From: Gammaproteobacteria bacterium
GTDB lineage: Bacteria > Pseudomonadota > Gammaproteobacteria > Steroidobacterales > GCA-2729495
Direction: 5' to 3'
Length of the DNA stretch: 64,000 nt
Assembly: GCA_003695765.1 (NCBI GenBank)
Contig: RFHQ01000063.1
Coordinates: 562 to 64,561, forward strand
The notes beneath the pieces were generated by a model. The model did no database searches, was not told the DNA's origin, and was given only the letters and a program-made list of their open reading frames with translations. The translations under genes were made by a program, and so were the position numbers. Positions 54,482-62,391 of the stretch are shown here, piece by piece (the stretch's first letter is position 1; each line of letters starts with the position of its first letter).

Positions 54482-55708
54482 ATGAGCCAGAACGATCAAT
54501 ACAACGAGTCCCCGATCGTGCTCGCCTTCTCCGGCGGGCTGGATACCTCTTTCTGTGTCCCTTGGCTGAAAGAGACCTATGGACGCCCGGTGGTCACGAT
54601 GACGATCAATACCGGCGGCCTGGACGCGGCGGCCGAGCGGGACCTCGAGGAACGTGCGCTGGCGCTGGGCGCGGCGGAGCACGTGCTGGTCGAGGCGCGG
54701 CCGCGTTTCTTCGACCAGGTGCTGCGTTACCTGATCGCCGGCAACGTGCGCCGCGGGCAGTTCTACCCGCTGTGCGTCGGGGCCGAGCGCGGCATCCAGG
54801 CGACGTTGATGGCCGAGATCGCGATGCAGCTGGGCAGCGACACGGTCGCGCATGGCTGCACGGCGGCCGGCAACGACCAGGTGCGTTTCGAGGTTGCACT
54901 GCGCACGATCAATCCGGAGCTGACCGTGCTGGCGCCGGTGCGCGACAACGCCTTCGTGCGCAGCGAGCAGGTGAAGTACCTGGAGGAACGCGGCCTGCCG
55001 GTCCCGGCCAAGGGCTCGGCCTATTCGATCAACCGCGGGCTCTGGGGCGTGACAATCGGCGGCACCGAGACGCTGGATTCACGCGAATCGATTCCGGAGG
55101 ACGCCTGGGTGCTGTCGCCCGGCGCGCTGCGCGAACCGCGGGCGCCGGAGCGCCACGTGATCGCCTTCGAAGAAGGCATCCCGGTGGCGCTGGACGGCGA
55201 GCAGATGGATCCGGTGCCGCTGATCGAGCGCCTGGAGCGCCTGGGCGGCCCGTTTGCCATCGGCCGCGGCATCCATCTCGGTGACACCGTCCTCGGCACC
55301 AAGGGCCGGGTCGCTTTCGAAGCGCCGGCGGCCGAAATCCTGCTGACCGCGCATCGCGAGCTGGAAAAGCTCGTGCTCAGCGGCCCGCAGCAGCGGATCA
55401 AGGAGCTGGTCGCGGCCGCCTACGGCGACTTCGTCCACGAGGGCCGGCAACTCGACCCGGTCTGCCGCGATATCGAAGCGCTGTTGGAATCGTCGCAGGC
55501 GCGGGTCACCGGTGAGGTCACGGTGCAGTTGCGCAGCGGCAGCCTGTTCGTCGAAGGCCTGCAATCGCCGTATTCGCTGATGGCGGCCAGCAAGGGCGTC
55601 TACGGCGAAGCCGCCGGCGAATGGACGCCGCAGGATGCGCTCGGCTATTCGAAGATCCTGGCACTGAGCGGCATGCTGCAGACGCGGGCCGCGGGCGGCA
55701 AGCAATGA
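54482..55708 (+). CDS. argG: Argininosuccinate synthase
   Basis: VLAFSGGLDTS, HGCTAAGNDQVRFE and SINRGLWG are present. Confidence 0.95.
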   Translation: MSQNDQYNESPIVLAFSGGLDTSFCVPWLKETYGRPVVTMTINTGGLDAAAERDLEERALALGAAEHVLVEARPRFFDQVLRYLIAGNVRRGQFYPLCVGAERGIQATLMAEIAMQLGSDTVAHGCTAAGNDQVRFEVALRTINPELTVLAPVRDNAFVRSEQVKYLEERGLPVPAKGSAYSINRGLWGVTIGGTETLDSRESIPEDAWVLSPGALREPRAPERHVIAFEEGIPVALDGEQMDPVPLIERLERLGGPFAIGRGIHLGDTVLGTKGRVAFEAPAAEILLTAHRELEKLVLSGPQQRIKELVAAAYGDFVHEGRQLDPVCRDIEALLESSQARVTGEVTVQLRSGSLFVEGLQSPYSLMAASKGVYGEAAGEWTPQDALGYSKILALSGMLQTRAAGGKQ

Positions 55709-56766
55709 AAACCATCATCGCCGACAAGATCGCCTCGGTCGCTCAGCACCTGGACCTGAAACGCGAACTGCGCGTCAGCGAGGACATTCCCTGCGAGGAA
55801 GGTGTGCTCGTGGCCGCGGAGATCCTGAACAGCAAGTCCAGCTACAACCAGCTGGAACTGACCAGCGGACGCATGGCCAAGCTGCGCCAGGGCGATGTGA
55901 TCGTCGGCGCGCTGGGCCATCGCAAGGCTTTGTTCGGCTATTCCGGGCATCTGCCCGAGTCGCTGCGGCCCGGGGACGTCCTGCAGGTTTTGAACATCGG
56001 CGGCGTGCTCGGCGTCTGCGATTCCGTGAACGCGAACTTCGGCGCGCCCTTCGACGCCCGCGTCCTCGGCGCAGTGCTGGTGTTCCCCTACCTCGGCGAG
56101 CGCATCGGCGTGCCGGCGCGGATGGGTGTCCGGCGGCTGGACCCGGACGCGGACGGCAGCACTGGCGGCGTGCCGGTCGTGGCCATCGCCGGCACCTGCA
56201 TGAACTCCGGCAAGACCGCCGCCGCCTGCGCGCTGATCAGCCGCTTGCGCCACCTGGGCCTTGCGGTCGACGGCTTCAAGGCCACCGGCGTGTCGCTGCG
56301 CCGGGACATCCTGGCGATGGAGGACGCCGGCGCGCGGCGCACGGCGATCTTCAGCGACTTCGGCGTCGTCAGCACCACGGCTGAGAACGGGCCGGCGGTC
56401 ACGCGCATGTTGCTCGGACAACTCGCCGAGCAGCGCCCGGACGTGATCGTCTATGAACTCGGCGACGGCATACTCGGCGCCTACGGCGTCGAAGCCATCC
56501 TGCAGGATCCGGGCGTGCGCGACCACCTGTCCTGCCTGATGCTCTGCGCGAACGACCCGGTCGCGGCCTGGGGCGGTGTGAAACTGCTGCGGGAGGAATT
56601 CGACCTCGAGCCGCAGATCGTCACCGGCCCGGCGACCGACAACACCGTCGGCAAGGACATCATCCGCGAGCGGCTCGGCGTCGCCGCGATTAATGCGATC
56701 ACGGACGGCAACGAGCTCGGCGACGCCGTGGCCGCCATGCTGGGCCTCAGCGCCCAGCGCAGCTGA
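55705..56766 (+). CDS. Uncharacterised 353-aa protein embedded in the arginine operon, with an N-terminal beta-rich domain and a C-terminal P-loop domain (GTxxxSGKT)
   Basis: An ATGA overlap with the argG stop couples it to argG, and 14 nt separate it from argC. The Walker-A-like VVAIAGTCMNSGKTAAA spans residues about 158-174 and resembles the BioD/CobB/CobQ/DUF1611 type of P-loop. Third positions are GC-rich throughout. I see no similarity to ArgA, ArgJ, ArgE or GNAT proteins. Confidence 0.8.
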   Translation: MKTIIADKIASVAQHLDLKRELRVSEDIPCEEGVLVAAEILNSKSSYNQLELTSGRMAKLRQGDVIVGALGHRKALFGYSGHLPESLRPGDVLQVLNIGGVLGVCDSVNANFGAPFDARVLGAVLVFPYLGERIGVPARMGVRRLDPDADGSTGGVPVVAIAGTCMNSGKTAAACALISRLRHLGLAVDGFKATGVSLRRDILAMEDAGARRTAIFSDFGVVSTTAENGPAVTRMLLGQLAEQRPDVIVYELGDGILGAYGVEAILQDPGVRDHLSCLMLCANDPVAAWGGVKLLREEFDLEPQIVTGPATDNTVGKDIIRERLGVAAINAITDGNELGDAVAAMLGLSAQRS

Positions 56767-56780
56767 GCGGAGCGTTGCCG

Positions 56781-57836
56781 ATGCAGAGCATCCCGACATT
56801 CGTCCTCGGCGGCAGCGGTTATGTGGCCGGCGAACTGCTGAGACTGCTGGCAGTCCACCCGCTGTTCGAGCTCGCCGGCGTGCTGTCGGAGAGCCGCGCC
56901 GGCGAGCCGGTCGCGGCGACGTTCCCGTCGTTGGCGGCCGCATATCACGAGCGGCGTTTCGTCGATCGCGAAAGCCTGTTCGCGGCGCTGCCGGCCGGGC
57001 CGGCCGCGCTGTTCTCGGCCGCGCCCCACGGCGCCAGCGCGGCGCTGCTGGCCGAGGTTCTCGAGCGGGCCGCGCAGGCCGGCTGCGAGCTCCGCGTCGT
57101 CGACGTGTCTGCCGACTTCCGCTTCCGCGATCCTTCGGCCTATGCGGCCGTCTACGGCAGTCCGCATGCCGCCCCGGAATTGCTCGCGCAGTTCAGCTGC
57201 GCGCTGCCGGAGCACCTGGCCGAGGCCCGGACACCCCATGTCGCCCATCCCGGCTGTTTCGCGACTGCCTTGCTGCTGGCCGCCGTCCCGCTGTTGCGCC
57301 TGGCACTCTGTGCCGAGGATCTGCACGCCAGCGGCGTGACCGGCAGCACCGGCTCCGGCCGCGCGCCGACTGCCACCACGCATCACCCGGAACGTCACGC
57401 GAACCTCTGCGCCTACAAGCCGTTGGCGCACCGGCACGCGCCGGAAGTACAGCAGCTCTGCGAACAACTGACGGGCCGGCGGCCGCGGTTGCACTTCGTG
57501 CCGCATTCCGGACCATTCGCCCGCGGCATCCACCTGACGCTGCAGGCGCCGCTGCGCGAACCGGTCGCGGCGGACCGGCTGCGCGAGCGGCTCGCGGATT
57601 TCTATGCCGGCAGCGAATTCGTCAAGGTCCGTGACGGCACGCCGCGGCTCAAGGACGTGATCGGCAGCAATTACGCCCATCTCGGCGTGGCCAGCGACGG
57701 CGAGGCGCTGGCCGTGTTCGTGGTCATCGACAATCTGGTCAAGGGCGCCGCCGGCGGCGCGATCCAATGGATGAACCGGCTGTTCGGCCTGCCCGAGGCC
57801 AGCGGCCTGACGGCGCCGGCACTGGCCTGGGCCTGA
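56781..57836 (+). CDS. argC: N-acyl-gamma-glutamyl-phosphate reductase
   Basis: The NAD fold VLGGSGYVAGELLRLL and the catalytic Cys region HPGCFATA are present, along with the C-terminal NLVKGAAGGAIQ. The start may instead be the TTG at 56775. Confidence 0.92.
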   Translation: MQSIPTFVLGGSGYVAGELLRLLAVHPLFELAGVLSESRAGEPVAATFPSLAAAYHERRFVDRESLFAALPAGPAALFSAAPHGASAALLAEVLERAAQAGCELRVVDVSADFRFRDPSAYAAVYGSPHAAPELLAQFSCALPEHLAEARTPHVAHPGCFATALLLAAVPLLRLALCAEDLHASGVTGSTGSGRAPTATTHHPERHANLCAYKPLAHRHAPEVQQLCEQLTGRRPRLHFVPHSGPFARGIHLTLQAPLREPVAADRLRERLADFYAGSEFVKVRDGTPRLKDVIGSNYAHLGVASDGEALAVFVVIDNLVKGAAGGAIQWMNRLFGLPEASGLTAPALAWA

Positions 57837-57847
57837 GGCGCGGTCCG

Positions 57848-59005
57848 ATGGATGCACTGGCAATGGAAAGGCGGCACCTGGCGCAGGTCTATGGTCAACT
57901 GGACCTGGTGCCGGAACGGGGCGACGGCGTCTACCTGCACTGCCGCGGGCGGCGGGTACTCGATCTCTACGGCGGGCATGCGGTCGCCGCACTCGGCTAT
58001 GGTCACCCGGAACTGCTCGCCGCGCTGAACCGGCAGGCCGCCGAACTGCTGTTCCAGAGCAACGCAGTGCCGCTGCCGGTGCGCGCGCGGGCCGCCGATG
58101 CGCTGGCCGAGTTCGCACCGCCGGGCCTCGCGCGCGTGTTTTTCGTCAATACCGGCGCCGAGGCCAACGAAAACGCGCTGCGGCTGGCCTGCCGGCTCAC
58201 GGGCCGGCAACGCGTCGCTGCGATCGAACATGGCTTTCACGGGCGCAGCGCCGCGGCCGGCGCGGTCACCTGGGGCGCGCGCGATCGCTGGTATGCGTTC
58301 CCGCGCACGCCTTTCGACGTCGACTTCATTCCGCGCGACGACGTAGCCGCGGTCGAGCAATTGGTGACCGGCGACACCGCAGCCGTGATCCTGGAGCTGG
58401 TGCAGGGCATCGCCGGCGCCGTCGAGCTGCAGCCGGCCTTCGTGCAGGCCGTCGCCCGCGCCTGCGAGCGCCACGGCGCATTGCTGATCGTCGACGAGGT
58501 GCAGACCGGCATGGGCCGTTGTGGCGCACCGTTCGCGACCGATCTCTACGGCCTGCAGCCCGATATCCTGAGCACGGCCAAGTCACTCGCGGCCGGCTTT
58601 CCCTGCGGCGCCGTGCTGATGACCGAAGCGGTCGCGAGCGGCCTCGGCAAGGGCGATCTCGGCACGACCTTCGGCGGCGGGCCGCTGGCCTGCGCGCTGG
58701 TCGAAACCGTGATCCGCGTGATCCGGCGGGACGGCCTGATCGACAACGTGAATCGGCTGCACGCACGGCTTGCCGCGGCGCTGCCCCTGGGCCCGGCCGC
58801 CAGCCTGCAAGGACGCGGCTTCCTCGCCGGCCTGCGGCTGACCCGGCCGGCCGCCGACGTGCAGCGGGAACTGCTGGCGCGGGACATCCTCGTGGGCTCG
58901 AGCAGCGACCCGATGGTCCTGCGACTGCTGCCCCCGCTGATTCTCGCCGACGCACAGCTGGACGAACTGCTGGAAGCGCTGGCCGACTTGCCGGCCGGCG
59001 TCTGA
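57848..59005 (+). CDS. argD: Acyl-ornithine aminotransferase (class III PLP aminotransferase)
   Basis: GHAVAALGYGHP, NTGAEANE, FHGRS, DEVQTGMGR and TFGGGP are present. Start taken at ATG 57848 within the longer track ORF. Confidence 0.9.
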   Translation: MDALAMERRHLAQVYGQLDLVPERGDGVYLHCRGRRVLDLYGGHAVAALGYGHPELLAALNRQAAELLFQSNAVPLPVRARAADALAEFAPPGLARVFFVNTGAEANENALRLACRLTGRQRVAAIEHGFHGRSAAAGAVTWGARDRWYAFPRTPFDVDFIPRDDVAAVEQLVTGDTAAVILELVQGIAGAVELQPAFVQAVARACERHGALLIVDEVQTGMGRCGAPFATDLYGLQPDILSTAKSLAAGFPCGAVLMTEAVASGLGKGDLGTTFGGGPLACALVETVIRVIRRDGLIDNVNRLHARLAAALPLGPAASLQGRGFLAGLRLTRPAADVQRELLARDILVGSSSDPMVLRLLPPLILADAQLDELLEALADLPAGV

Positions 59006-59022
59006 ACGGAGAAGGTATCGCG

Positions 59023-60036
59023 ATGAAAGAATTTCACGATCTCGCAGACTTCACGGCCGAGGAGATCCAGCAGCTGCTGGACCTGGCCGCACGCCTGAAA
59101 CGGCAGCCCGAGCCGCGGGCACTGGAGGGCAAGGTCATGGCCTTGCTGTTCATGAGCCCGTCGCTGCGCACGCTGGCCTCCTTCCAGGCGGCGATGCACC
59201 GGCTGGGCGGCGGCGCCTTCGTGATTTCGCCGGACATGTCGATTCACGGCCTCGAGACCCGGCCGGGCATCGTCATGGACGGCATGGCCGCCGAACACAT
59301 CCGTGAGGCGGTGCCGGTGATCGCCTCCTACGCCGATGTCATGGGCATCCGCGCCTTCGCCGAGCGCCGCAGCCTGGAACACGACCTCGCCGACCGGGAA
59401 TACCAGGCGATGCGCGGCCTCGTACAGCTGCCGCTGATCAACATGGAATCGGCGATCCAGCACCCCTGTCAGAGCCTGGCCGACTGGCAGACGCTGGACG
59501 AACTCGGCATCCCGCGCCAGGGCGGGCGCTTCGTGCTGAGCTGGGCTTCGCATCCGAACGCGCTGCCGCTGGCCGTGCCGGCGACGACGGTGAAAATGGC
59601 GGCGATGCGGGGCATGGACGTCACCGTACTGCGGCCCGACGGTTTCGAGCTGCCCGAGGCGATCATGCAGCAGGCGCGGCAGCTGGCCGCGGCTTCCGGC
59701 GGCTCGGTCACGGAGACCGACGAACGCGCCGAAGCGATGCGGGATGCGCATGTGATCTACGCCAAGTCCTGGTCATCGACGCGCCACTACGGCGACAAGC
59801 TCGCCGATGCCGAGTTGCGCCGCCAGCACGAGGACTGGTGTGTGGATGAAGACTGGTTCGCCACCGCCCGGCCGGACTGCCGCTTCATGCATTGCCTGCC
59901 GGTGCGGCGCGGCGTCGTCGTCGCCGACCGGATCCTCGACGGACCGCGCAGCGTCGTGATCCAGGAAGCGCAGAACCGGATGTACGCGCAGATGGCTGTG
60001 CTGCACGCGATGCTGGCCGGCGGGAGCAAGCCCTGA
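59023..60036 (+). CDS. argF: N-acyl-L-ornithine carbamoyltransferase (argF' class: acetyl- or succinyl-ornithine transcarbamylase), not a canonical OTCase
   Basis: SPSLRTL replaces STRTR. The protein carries VMDGMAAEHI, INMES..HPCQSLAD and HCLPVRR, and overall resembles Xanthomonas AOTCase and Bacteroides SOTCase as I remember them. Confidence 0.88.
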   Translation: MKEFHDLADFTAEEIQQLLDLAARLKRQPEPRALEGKVMALLFMSPSLRTLASFQAAMHRLGGGAFVISPDMSIHGLETRPGIVMDGMAAEHIREAVPVIASYADVMGIRAFAERRSLEHDLADREYQAMRGLVQLPLINMESAIQHPCQSLADWQTLDELGIPRQGGRFVLSWASHPNALPLAVPATTVKMAAMRGMDVTVLRPDGFELPEAIMQQARQLAAASGGSVTETDERAEAMRDAHVIYAKSWSSTRHYGDKLADAELRRQHEDWCVDEDWFATARPDCRFMHCLPVRRGVVVADRILDGPRSVVIQEAQNRMYAQMAVLHAMLAGGSKP

Positions 60037-60971
60037 TGGACACGCTCAAGAACCGCGACATCGTCGTCGCCGCGCTCAAGCACGCGGCGCCGTACGTGCG
60101 CCTGTACAAGGGCAAGACCTTCGTGCTCAAGGCCGGCGGCGAGATCTTCGCCAGCGTGGACAGCACGCGGGCGCTGGTCGAGCAGATCGCGATCCTGCAC
60201 CAGGTCGGCATCCGCGTCGTACTGGTGCACGGCGGCGGCCCGCAATCGACGAAACTCGCCGAGGCACTCGGCCTGCCAACGCAGTTCGTCCAGGGACGCC
60301 GGGTGACCGACGAGCACGCGCTCGAAGTCGCCGCAATGGTGCTGAACGGCCAGATCAACACGCGCATCCTGGCTGCCTGCCGCGATCTCGAACTGCCGGC
60401 GGTTGGCATCAGCGGCGTCGATGCGGGCCTGATCCGCGCGCACAAGCGCCCGCCGGTCGAGGTCGCAGGCCACGACGCCGGGCCGGTGGACTACGGCTAC
60501 GTAGGAGACATCGATTCGGTCGATGCCGAAGTCCTGCGCACGCAACTGGCCAGCGGCCTGATGCCGGTGATCAGCCCGCTGTCCGCCGACCGTGGCGGCA
60601 CACTGCTGAATATCAACGCCGACACCGTCGCCGCGGCCATCGCGGCCGAACTGGGCGCCGAGAAACTGATCCTGACCACCGGCGCGCCGGGCATCCTCGA
60701 GGAGCGGGACGACCCGCGCTCGGTCGTCTCCTACATCGATCTCGACGGCCTGCGGCGGCTGCGCGACCGCGGCGCGCTGGCAGAAGGCATGCTGCCGAAG
60801 GCCGCGGCCATCGAGGCCGCGATCAACGGTGGCGTGCCGCGCGTCCACGTGATCTCCTACAAGCTGCCGGACAGCCTGCTGCTGGAAGTCTTCACCAACG
60901 AAGGCACCGGCACGCTCGTGGTCGAGAACATCGCCACGCTGACGCCGGCGGAGCAGGCGCCGGGCGGCTGA
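60036..60971 (+). CDS. argB: N-acyl-glutamate kinase (stand-alone, 311 aa, with no GNAT domain)
   Basis: APYVRLYKGKTFVLKAGGE, VLVHGGGPQ, NINADT and the C-terminal GTGT are present. The ATG shares one nucleotide with the argF' stop (TGATG). Confidence 0.93.
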   Translation: MDTLKNRDIVVAALKHAAPYVRLYKGKTFVLKAGGEIFASVDSTRALVEQIAILHQVGIRVVLVHGGGPQSTKLAEALGLPTQFVQGRRVTDEHALEVAAMVLNGQINTRILAACRDLELPAVGISGVDAGLIRAHKRPPVEVAGHDAGPVDYGYVGDIDSVDAEVLRTQLASGLMPVISPLSADRGGTLLNINADTVAAAIAAELGAEKLILTTGAPGILEERDDPRSVVSYIDLDGLRRLRDRGALAEGMLPKAAAIEAAINGGVPRVHVISYKLPDSLLLEVFTNEGTGTLVVENIATLTPAEQAPGG

Positions 60972-60983
60972 GGACGGACGAAG

Positions 60984-62186
60984 ATGCAACGGCTCTGGGA
61001 CAAGGGAACGCCGCTGGACGAGCGGGTGCTGCGTTACACCGCCGGCGAAGACCATCTGCTGGATGCCCGCCTGGTCGAGTACGACCTGCGCGCGTCGCTG
61101 GCCCATGCGCAGATGCTCAACCGCCAGCAGCTGCTCTCGGACGAGGATCTCGCCGCCATCGAGGCCGGCTTGCAGGAACTCGGCGAGGCCCATGCGCGCG
61201 GCGAGTGGCAGATCACGCTGGACGACGAGGACGTGCACACGGCGCTGGAAAAGCGCCTGACCGAGCGCATCGGCGAAGCCGGCAAGCGCATACACCTGGG
61301 CCGCTCGCGCAACGACCAGGTGCTGGCGGCGCTGCGCCTGTATCTGCTCGATGCCGCCGACAGCCTGGAAGGGGCGGCCGATGCCGTCGCCGATGCGCTG
61401 GAGGCGCTGGGCGAACGCGAGGCCGACACCGAACTGCCCGGCTACACGCACATGCAGCAGGCCATGCCCAGCTCCGTGCACCTGTGGGCGCAGGGCTTCG
61501 CCGCGGAACTGCGCGACGATGCCGAGGGCATCGCCGCGAGCCGCCGGCGGATCTCGCGCAACCCGCTGGGCAGCGCGGCCGGCTACGGTGTGCCGGGCCT
61601 GCCGATCGACCGCGACTTCACCTGCGAGGCGCTGGGTTTCGACACGGTGCAGGAACCGGTGACCGCGGTGCAGCTGTCGCGCGGCAAGGCCGAGGCCGGC
61701 CTGGTCTTCGAACTCTGCCTGCTGCTGCAGGACCTGGGCCGGCTGGCCACCGACCTGCTGCTGTTCTACACGCAGGAATTCGCCTACATCAGCTTGCCGG
61801 AAGAAATGACCACGGGTTCGTCGATCATGCCCCAGAAGCGCAACCCGGACGTGCTGGAACTGGTGCGCGGTGCGACCGCGACGCTGCAGGGCAGCCTGGT
61901 CGAAATCCTGAACCTGCCGGCCAAGCTGCCGTCCGGCTATCAGCGCGATCTGCAGCGCCTGAAACCGCCGCTGTTCCGCGCGATCGACCTGAGCCTGGAC
62001 TCCTGCGCGATCATGGAGAAACTGCTGGACGGCGTCGAGTTCCTGCCGGACAACATTCTGCTGGACCCCGGCATCTACGCGGCCGGGCGCGCGAACCGGC
62101 TGGTCCTGGAAGAGGGCATCAGCTTTCGCGAGGCCTATCGCCGCGTGGCCGAGGAAATCCGGCGCGAGGCAGACGACGATGACTGA
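60984..62186 (+). CDS. argH: Argininosuccinate lyase (short 400-aa form)
   Basis: LWDKG..., GRSRNDQV, YTHMQQAMP and the signature GSSIMPQKRNPD are present. Confidence 0.93.
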   Translation: MQRLWDKGTPLDERVLRYTAGEDHLLDARLVEYDLRASLAHAQMLNRQQLLSDEDLAAIEAGLQELGEAHARGEWQITLDDEDVHTALEKRLTERIGEAGKRIHLGRSRNDQVLAALRLYLLDAADSLEGAADAVADALEALGEREADTELPGYTHMQQAMPSSVHLWAQGFAAELRDDAEGIAASRRRISRNPLGSAAGYGVPGLPIDRDFTCEALGFDTVQEPVTAVQLSRGKAEAGLVFELCLLLQDLGRLATDLLLFYTQEFAYISLPEEMTTGSSIMPQKRNPDVLELVRGATATLQGSLVEILNLPAKLPSGYQRDLQRLKPPLFRAIDLSLDSCAIMEKLLDGVEFLPDNILLDPGIYAAGRANRLVLEEGISFREAYRRVAEEIRREADDDD

Positions 62187-62391
62187 GAGCCGGCTGCGGG
62201 CCGCCCTGCTCGTCGCTGTCGTGCTGCTGGCCGGCTGCGGCCTGAAGGGCGGACTCTACCTGCCCGAGGCCGAAACGCCGGCCGGACCCGCGGCCGCCGA
62301 ACCGGCCGGTGGCGGCCCCGCTGGCGATCGGGTCGTGGACCCCGGCGATGATCCGGAGCGCGAACGGCAACGGGGCAACGGCGGTGACTGA
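62179..62391 (+). CDS. lptM: LptM/YifL-like small lipoprotein
   Basis: The lipobox LLAGC is followed by GLKGGLYLP, which matches the E. coli YifL motif TGCGLKGPLYFP. The remainder is Pro/Ala/Gly-rich. It overlaps the argH stop by 8 nt. Confidence 0.7.
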   Translation: MTESRLRAALLVAVVLLAGCGLKGGLYLPEAETPAGPAAAEPAGGGPAGDRVVDPGDDPERERQRGNGGD

